From Pocillopora damicornis (lineage: Eukaryota): a stretch of 64,000 bases of DNA. Numbering within the stretch: the stretch's first letter is position 1; every line of letters begins with the position of its first letter. The position numbers and the translations under genes were made by a program. Shown here piece after piece: positions 55,401-64,000 of this stretch. The DNA is taken from NCBI RefSeq assembly GCF_003704095.1, contig NW_020843367.1, forward strand, positions 434,001-498,000, written 5' to 3'. The notes under the pieces are model-generated. The model was given only the letters and a program-made list of their open reading frames with translations, was not told the origin of the DNA and did not search any database.

Positions 55401-56723
55401 GCGGAAATTCAGGCGGAAATTGTAACACGATAAGTTGCGAAAAATAACCCAAAGAAGATAAAAGGCGGAGAGGACTTTTCCAAGACAAGAATTGATAAAA
55501 CATCCCTAAAAATTCAGCGCAAATGACGTTTTTCGATCAATTCTCTTTCTCTGTTGCTTAACTGGAGTTGAAAAGAAAACAGATTTTTGAAGCTCTCTTG
55601 TTTTCCTTAAAAAACCCTAGCCAACATCCATAAAGCATCTTCCACCCCCCTCAGTTTTTCTCCATGTTTTCTCCAGTCTTGTTTGCACGCAAAGATTTCC
55701 TTAAAAAAGTCACAGTCAGTTTTTAATATATTGTGAAATGGCGGAATAATTAACTCTTGGTGTTGATATTCATTCGCTAGGAATGTAAAAGATGATAAAA
55801 GGGTACAAGACATATACAAAGTGGTACGGACGAAAAAAATTTACTCTTCTGTCTTTCATCAGATAAACTACGCACGCAAAACAAGCAAATAATAATAATA
55901 ATAATAAAATATATATATATGTAAATAAATGAATACACATCACTGAGACGCTACTAATTGCTGTTTCTAAATTAGTGTCATTGAAAAATGCCAGCAGCGG
56001 TAGGTAGGTGGCACAATTCAGCTTGCATCTAATCATGCTATTGAGGTAGATTTCAAAGTCACTTACTTTTGAGAAACTTGAGTTGTATGTCTACGTTACT
56101 GTCCAAGTGAGACTGCCGCTGGAACGTGAATCTACTTACTTCTGCCCAAACCCTAAATGCCGCCGTAAAAACCGCTGCAGCCATGGGTTGTACGTTGGCA
56201 TACCAGATAAGATTTCTGTGACCCCACGAGGAACTTGATAGCGCATAGCGACGATTTCGAACCTGCAAACTGTTGATCTGTGCCAAGTAGGCGGTGCGAT
56301 TAGCCAGATGTGCATCTTTTGCTGCCGTCTTAGGCTGCCGTGGAACCGGTTTTCTTCTGATCCACGATCTTAAAATTCTCTTCACTGTCTGCGGGCGTTT
56401 TTTTAACGTACGTTCGGCCATTTGTCGAATTTGTGAACTGCTGTCAAAGTCCTACGATCGGTTCAGTAAAATAAGAGAATGATGATACGGCGAGTGTCAA
56501 GGGCGCATGACCCATTGCCATCTAACTTACGCTCAATAAGTACCAGATTACTGACCCCTTTCAATATTCATTGTTTAAGACTAGTAAACATCATGATACT
56601 TGCCTCAAATGAAGGAGGTTGTCCATTAGATAACAATTTTCTTGAGGTGTGTGGCCTTGTGTCGCATTCGCTTAGGAGCGTCGTCAATAAAATTAATGCC
56701 ACTTGATAAAATATACACTCCAT
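52486..56723 (-). CDS. Secreted matrix metalloproteinase (M10A) with hemopexin domain
   Basis: Exons 56723-56604 (signal peptide, GC donor), 56451-56067 (propeptide, furin site RNRR|YAL, AFRVW, DIQLKF), 54182-53856 (GHNDPYPFDGPG, AHAFYP, VHFDADEKW, HEIGHSLGLKH, SIMYP, DDIAGIQ), 53099-52486 (hemopexin YIFKGSKYWKY, GYPLSI..WPGIP, IDAA). Confidence 0.9.
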
Positions 56724-57044
56724 CTTTCAGTGTTGTCAGTCGGTTCTATTTTCCTCGTGTGATCGGCACGGTTGTCTCTGCAAGTTTGACGAATCAGTTA
56801 TTATCGTAAGTATAAGTATGCTTGTGTTGTGAAGTATAAAATTACATACCACTCAAATTACACCGGAAATCTCTGCTGGCGGGAAACTCTCCCATTGATG
56901 ATGGATTAATTATCTTTGTTTGCTTGTGTGTGGCGTCAAACGAAAAAGAAATTTTGCCAAATAGGAAAACCAAAAAACCGAGAAAAAAAAAAAAAACGTA
57001 AAAGAATATCAATGCTTTAGATTTCCAGTCTTTGCCTCGTATCG

Positions 57045-57215
57045 CTTTCTTTCACTTTCCTATCGCAAATTTTTTTATACTATCTTGAGCTTTGCCGCAT
57101 TTTGAAACAATCTTTGTACCGCTACACGACGTCACCGTCCCGAGCCAATTGTGTGTGTGAGTGTGTGTGTGAGTCATTCAGATTTGATTTGAAAAGGAAC
57201 TTCCTTCCTTGCCGG
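57045..57215 (-). promoter_or_regulatory. Putative MMP promoter: TATA, CRE-like, (CA)n, AP-1, ETS
   Basis: Minus strand TATAAAA 57079-57073, GTGACGTCG ~57127-57135, (CA)n 57151-57170, TGAGTCA 57170-57176, AGGAAGGAAGT ~57199-57209, GGAAAGTGAAAG 57049-57060. Confidence 0.5.
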
Positions 57216-60200
57216 AACTTTTTATCATACGTGGTATGTACATAAGAGAGTTATTGGAAATAGTTGAAATCCGATCAAACCATCAGTTTCATCTTGGGAC
57301 TTCGAAATTTGAAAAGAAAAAGATCTTTGTTCGTTGACACTGTTCCAGCACTGCATAGCTTGAAATTATCGTAAAACGTATTAAAGGAAAATCTTTCACT
57401 GTGTGTGATTCATTTACGTATGGGGTATACAGGATATGCGTCTAAAAGAAACATGAGGAAAAAAGAAAGCGAGGGAAAGAAAACAGTGAACCAAAAGTCG
57501 AGAGACGAAATGATAAAAAGGAAAATAAGAATTAAGATTGTTACTATTGTCGGCTATAACTTCGTTATATCATCGTGTAATCAAACACAACGACGGACTT
57601 ACATTTACGAATAAAATATCTCGTTTAAAAATATGGGTCTTTGCTTATTCACAGGATTTCATGAAGCGTGTTGGTCTCCATCGGAACCTTTTCATGAACG
57701 TGCTGAGACCCAAATATTTACATTCTGCCATGTTCTGGGGCCTGACAGTCAAAGGTTGAGAGAGTGAATGATTAAATGGTATGTTGGAGGATGTCCCATC
57801 AATCAGGAAACCTTTTTAAAGCAAATTTACTGTGTTTTATACTGGCCGAACAGCTTTCGACTTAAGTGAAGAGGTACTACCACAAAAGTGTACGGAAAAT
57901 AAAATCATTAATTACAAGGTTGTTACCACATTTCGTTCGGCGGGAATAAAAAAAAAAGTTTGGAACTCTTTAACTCTACATGATATCTGTCTCATATAGA
58001 CTTAAAATTCTTTGTCTTAAATTTCTTTTCCTCTCCATAAACAATACAGTACTCTGTCGTTATTATCGTTTCGGATGTAGATCTTCTGTCATAATCCGCA
58101 ATTTTTTACGTTACACAATCAAAGAACAAAAGTGCCAAGGTATCCAAAAATTCCTTTCTTAAGTCCTTTTGTTTGAAAATTTAATTAAACAGTATTTCCT
58201 ATCCAAATCTCTCTTCATTCACCGAAAAAAAAAAAAATAAAAAAAAAAATAACCCGATCACTTAACCCACAGGCCCCTCTTAAAAAGGATACTAACAAAT
58301 ATTGGCAACATTCGTGGTTTTGAGCCAATACCTTCTCGGAAGAAAAAATCAGTTTACTAAATATTTTTCCACTAAATGTTAAAACAATCTAATCCCCTTG
58401 GATTATTAGCCTTTGCCTTATTTGCTGAATACACCGGCCGGCATGCTCATTAATTTGCTGAAGCTTATTCTTCTGGGGGAAATTAAATGAATTAGCATTT
58501 GAAGGTCTCCGAAAGCGTTAATGAATGCAATGACGTAGGCAATGCAAAGGCAGGTAGGCAGGCAGGCAACTCTTTTTTAACTTGCTATGTTGTGGTATAA
58601 CATTCCTATGACTTTTAACACGTTCATAAATTCCCCTCACGCATCGTTTCCTGAAAAGGTCCAACCACATGTAAACAAACTGGGCATAGTCGAAGTGGTT
58701 GCGTCAAAAAACGTTGCGACTATTTCTTCAGTACTGTACATACATCTTTAAGCATGAGTTGTTCGCCCATGATTAGGAATGCATCGTGAAACAAGGAGAG
58801 GGAACCTAGTTTTTCTTAAGAAGGACGCTTCAGAAAGTAATTCGCAGCGATTGAATTTTTTCGGCGTAAAAAGAAACTCTAGCAACTTGAACTGCCAAAG
58901 GAGACAAAGTTCAGGTCGAGAAAGCGGGGAGCTCGAGTAAATTGAGAGAAAAGGCTAAAAAAATGTTAATGAGTGTAAACCTAGAGTAAATTTAGGCGAT
59001 CAGCATCTGAATTTTCCTGGCCTTAAATAAGCTTAAAGTGATGTAGACAAAAAATCTCGATATCCCATGTATATAGACGGCTATTGCTACTTAAATCTCG
59101 TTTTTTAAAAGAAATTTCACAGTTTCCAGCAGTGGAAAATTTGTGCTTAAAGGAGTTCGTGAAGTCAAATTAAGAAATGATCGCGTATAAGTTTAAGTCC
59201 AAGCCTATTGACAACGTCCCGATACACTTCAAAGGGTGTCGCGCCACTGTTAACTTTGGCGGGAATATAAAGAAGTAAACGCTAAGATGCCCTGATACTT
59301 TCCGGTCCCAAATACCGAATTTATTGATTAAAAGATAACCTCTTGTTGATTCCGACAGGTACGAGAGCTATTTCCTTTATAACTGTACACCATCAAAACA
59401 ACCACACGCGGTTTTTTGGTACGTAACACTTCGGCGGATCGTACCACGCGACAATTTGCTATTTTTAACACAAATTTTAAGATATGTTTACAAACAAAAG
59501 GTTGTGCATGCACTTAGGACACGTGATGCGAGTTCAGATCTCCATGGCTCCGTTCGTCTTTTACGTGGAGTAAAGTACATTTACCGAGAGCCAATTTTAG
59601 ACCATGGACAATCAAAAAGACCTGAATTAGATGCAAAGTACGTTTGGGGCACTAAATCAGCAGAGTTTTAACAAAAGTAAGGAAATCGACTAAGGTGGCC
59701 ATTCAGCGGGAATTTGTGAGTATGGGCCATCGCGTGAGAAGCAAATTGACTCCATTGGTGATCCTTGAGACACAACACGCCATAACTCGCGCGTTAATTG
59801 GCACCGAGGCCGATAGGTTCTTAGGCACTAAGTTGCTCAGCTGAGGTTTGCAGCTATAAGAGTAATATATAGTGCAACAAATACGTAGCAACATGGGGTG
59901 ACTCTTCTATTTGGTCCTATTTTGGCTCAGAATTCTTTTTGGACGCACAGGTGGTTTTTGATAATAAAATGCTTTTAAACAATTCATGTGGCTAACGCGT
60001 TAAATGGAACCTGACCGCCTTGAACTACTTCTCTTCTTACGAAGAGGTATTCATGTAAGATGAAATATTAGTCATCTAATCCACTAACTTAAGTCGTAAA
60101 TCGTACAGTCCTGAATTGCCCTCAAATTTTATCATGACGAAACTATAGAATCAATCAAGTTTCCAGCACAAACTACCTCAAGCCGATCAGAATGTTTCTT

Positions 60201-63200
60201 CAAGGTTATCGCTTCCCATACTCCGAGACAGATAGTGTATATTTTCATATAAAAGGGATTTAACCTCTGGGAATTCAGAGAGGTTTATCAGGCTCTCCAA
60301 GAACCGGTAAATTCATTGATCGAGCTGAAGGGAACCCAGCAAGTTATGTTGTCACTAACCGCAAGCATGTTACGAGAGCTGTCGCACATGATGAGTTCCG
60401 TCGCATGAGAACAAGGACATTTTGTTTATTTTCAGTCCGTTTTCAGTTTGCTTACCAATTACACGTAGACTCACTGACCTAAAAGTATCATTTCAAGGGA
60501 CATGATGAAGCATTATTTGAGGAAGTTCAAGTTCACGTCTAGTTACTGCGGGTCTACACAGATAACAATCTGGTTAACGCAACTTTGATAAATTAGATAA
60601 GTGTTAATCTTAAGTTTGGCCAAATTTGAATTTTAACAGGGTTGTTGTCTAGAGTTCATAAACGTTAGTGTCAATCTTAAAATTTCCTCGTCTGCATCGA
60701 AGGTGATTAAATGTTTCACAATCAAAACCTCTCATTAGCATCGAAGGTAAATTTCAGAAAACACAAGCCTGTTTATTAGAATAATTACATGATGATATTC
60801 ATAAAATTCAAGTTGTCGCATTTTCAGCAGAAGAGTTTCGAAAATAAGACAAAGTAGTTGCTATTATGAACTCTTCATTACGCAATTAATTAGAAATCAC
60901 CCTCGCCAACTGTTGACATATTTTGTTAAAAGTTTTAAATCATTTGGGTTGACGCTGTACTTTAATAAGGTTACGGTTGGGTTAAGGTTAACAGTTATTT
61001 TTTATTTTATTAATTTGCCGAAATTACTATGCATGAACAATTGCCTTTCCTAACTTCATCTGGTGATATATAACGTGGTGTCCGTGACCATTACAAGCAT
61101 AATTGAACGTCCTGTCAGCAAGTCATGAAAAGGAAGTTGTATCGAAATGGATCCTATCAAAATAAATCCAGTCTTTCCCTTCCCGAAGAAACTTAAGCTT
61201 ACGTTGTAGTGATTCACTTGGAGATCACAAGCATTTGGCTTCATTCTAAGGATTCTTGTATTTTATCTATGCTTACTGGCTATACGAGGGGCGATATCGT
61301 GGAAAAAAAAATTGAAAAAAAAGAGCCCTGCTCAAGCGCTCAGGATCAGAAGGGCAGCATTAAACCTCAGAAGTTAACGGAGCAGCACTTTTCTCAACTC
61401 GCTTATATTTTTAGCTTCGTCAGGTTTGAACTTTGCACATCTTGTTCCCACACACATAGTCATATTTAGACTACCGTGAAATCAGTATATAATTCGAAAA
61501 ACACTAACCGGGGAGGTTGAAAACAAGTGTCTCACTGAGATCAATGAGAATTTAAGTATCAGGTAGTATTACTGTTTAGGTTGATGGTAAAACAATCTTT
61601 AACAAAATTCGCCCACATCCATGACGCAAATTACTGAGCTTCTTCATGGGTGTTCATTTTTATAATTGATGATGGTGGTGAAAAGAGGTAAAAAACTTCA
61701 AAACAGAAGAATAGGAGAAAAACAAAATGAAGTTGTATAAATATAGGTCTCCCTTACCTGGAGATAGTGGTTTTCACCAAATTCTAACTCTGCTCTCGCT
61801 TAGTTTTTCGTCTTTTGATAATGTGTAATTTACCTGGATTGAACTGCCATTTATGCATTTATTGGTGCGCGCAAGCTGGTCACATGTCAAGTTGCGCTAA
61901 ACGAATAGAAAAGCATATTCAAATTTAAGCGATCAATTATCGACCGCATAGATATTGGATTATAGACACTTTATTTATGTAATTAAGAAGGGTAAATTCT
62001 CGTACGTTAATATGAACAAGTGCTTCCTTCCTGCCCGGAAATGTTTATCATATTCAATAGATATCGTACGTAAAATCCCATCAATCCGTCAGTTTAATTA
62101 AAGAAATTTCAATAGCAAAAAACATATGTTCATTTAAATCGCTAAAACATTGCGCAAGTTTAGCTACGTGTTTAACTGTTTAGCGAGGTCAAAACAATCT
62201 ATGTTGAAGGTTAAGTAAAGAAAAATTTTTTAAGATTGTTCATGAAAATTTTTTGGCCCCTAAATTAGTTTCCACGTTTATGGAGTTGAAGCCTTCAAGG
62301 CCCTGACTAAATTGCCCAGAGTTAGAGATTGAAAGCGCGACAGGCAAACTGCTCTGAATCATGTAGTCAGGCAAATGCAAAAGGGTCATATTTTTATGAC
62401 CGAAAAAAAAACGTTAATGCGTTGGTAACATGTAACAAGAATGAGTATCCAAACAATTATAACAGTACATTTAAGGTTAAATAGTTGGTTTACTCCTAAC
62501 AATTTTCAACAGAACAATGAATTAAAAATGCAAGTAGAGCTAAGAAACGAGTGCAATTCTTAAAGTAACAATAAAAAAGAACAGTTCTTGGCAAATAACC
62601 TACATTCTCATTAAAGACTTTAAAAATGTTACCATCGAAGGAAAATAGAAATTGATATTTTTTACACCAGAGCCTATTACATTAAATCAAATCTAAAGTC
62701 TTCATAGAAGAAGGTTGCGCTTTTGCAAGCTGAGAATTGCAACTGTTCTACAAAGCACTTTTAACTTTTCCTTAAAGCCAACGTTATTCATGTAATAGCT
62801 CTAGATCTCAAACGATCTTGTTGTTTCAGCAGCTATCTATTAAATCATACATAAAATTGTGGAGTTGCTTTCCTTTTCTAAGAAAGATCCGTTCAGTTTA
62901 GATCTATAATTATTCCGGATGAAGAGAAATGCATTGGATCGTTTTCTAGGGTTAATAAGGCACATCTATTTTAAAGGACGTGGGAAGACTCCTTCGAAAA
63001 ATTTCTATTCCTATCGTCCAAAATAATATTATAGTGAAAAGATGAACACCGAGTCATCTGATATTTTGTTCCTGTTATAATCAAAGAACAAGTGTGTAAC
63101 ACCTTTTGGATTCCTATACTTGCCCAACTTTATTTTATAAGTAGGGTATCATCAATAAACGGATGCTAACAGGGATTCAAAAGGTCGAAAAAGTGTATTT

Positions 63201-64000
63201 TACTGAAACTTCTACATGTATATTCTAAGTTGTAGAGCGTAACATGCGGTTAATGTGTGGGTTAAATGGAACCTCAACTATTTCGCGCATTTAGAAGAAA
63301 TCCTCTTTTTACGGAAAGGTAAAATAAATCACAAGATTGTAAGCAAAACGTAAATTTTTGTGTTTAAATTGCCTCTCTCAAGGGTTCTAATCCAGATAAT
63401 TTGAAACGAAAAATCGCTTGAGGCGAGATCTAACACTTCGTACTGAAAATCTTTTAAAGAAAATCAACAAAACCTTTTGCCTGATAATAAACATTCCTGA
63501 GAAACGGAAATGTAAATGGCAAGTATATATTGAGTTCAATCAAGACTCATCGAGATTACATTCATTACTTGGCTACAATCTTTCTTTTATGAACGTCATG
63601 CCACCGCTGTTCACAAATTCGTTCTCTTGTAATAGATGTTACATGAACTCTACACAAAGCATCGATGTCGTTTCGAAGAACACTGTCAAGGACTAAGAAT
63701 TCATTTGAGGGCATGCGAAACCAATTGTACCCATGTACTGAGAATGACTATTCTACTACGTATGATCATGCCATGATATGGTTGAGGCGGTCGTGTTTTG
63801 TAAATCTCCCAGACGGTCACTAATTGCTACAATATCTTACCTTTGAACTTACTCTGTTTAATAACAAGATGAAAGATAGTTTACCTTTGAAAATGTATTC
63901 ACATTATTCGTTGGGTACTCACTTTCTCGTGTGAGAACTCCTGCTCCGAGCTACTCCTGTGTGATATCTATTCCTCACACATCAACGGCTCGCAGTAAAT

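Noticed and set aside
59380-59440. EVLRTKKPR followed, after a 1-nt shift, by CGCFD, resembling an MMP cysteine switch
   Set aside because: Needs a frameshift, lies upstream of the signal-peptide exon and putative promoter, and has no supporting exon structure; probably coincidence.
61750-61785. cttacctggagatagtggttttc resembles the U1 snRNA 5' end
   Set aside because: The match is short and gapped, with no U1 stem-loops or Sm site; better explained as a minus-strand donor (CAG|gtaag) or chance.
57300-64000. Short ORFs in the right-hand 7 kb
   Set aside because: No homology-like motifs or consistent exon chain; treated as intergenic, although UTR exons of a neighbouring gene cannot be excluded.

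Overview
Intron-rich, AT-rich eukaryotic DNA from a marine invertebrate. Gene and repeat content suggest a scleractinian coral; this taxon call is inference. Nine spliced genes were rebuilt by hand from splice sites and reading phase: ZNFX1 (minus, runs off the left edge), PLPBP (minus) head-to-head with a TEX36/HDNR gene (plus), a POB1/LRB-like BTB-BACK-MATH gene (minus) head-to-head with PSMD4/Rpn10 (plus), adducin (plus), TTC33 (minus), a secreted EPN-type C-type lectin with a PAN/apple domain (plus), and a secreted matrix metalloproteinase (minus). Introns and intergenic DNA carry ~210 bp TTAA-ended MITEs, other inverted-repeat elements, decayed Penelope-type hammerhead motifs and one assembly gap. 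Strongest leads: (1) dense STAT (GAS), IRF and NF-kB-like motifs at two putative ZNFX1 promoters, resembling an interferon-stimulated gene promoter in a lineage without interferon; (2) an MMP whose propeptide has no cysteine switch and whose secreted form depends on a GC-AG intron; (3) a plant LRB/POB1-like Cullin3 adaptor whose start codon lies ~240 bp from that of the proteasome ubiquitin receptor. No database searches were run.
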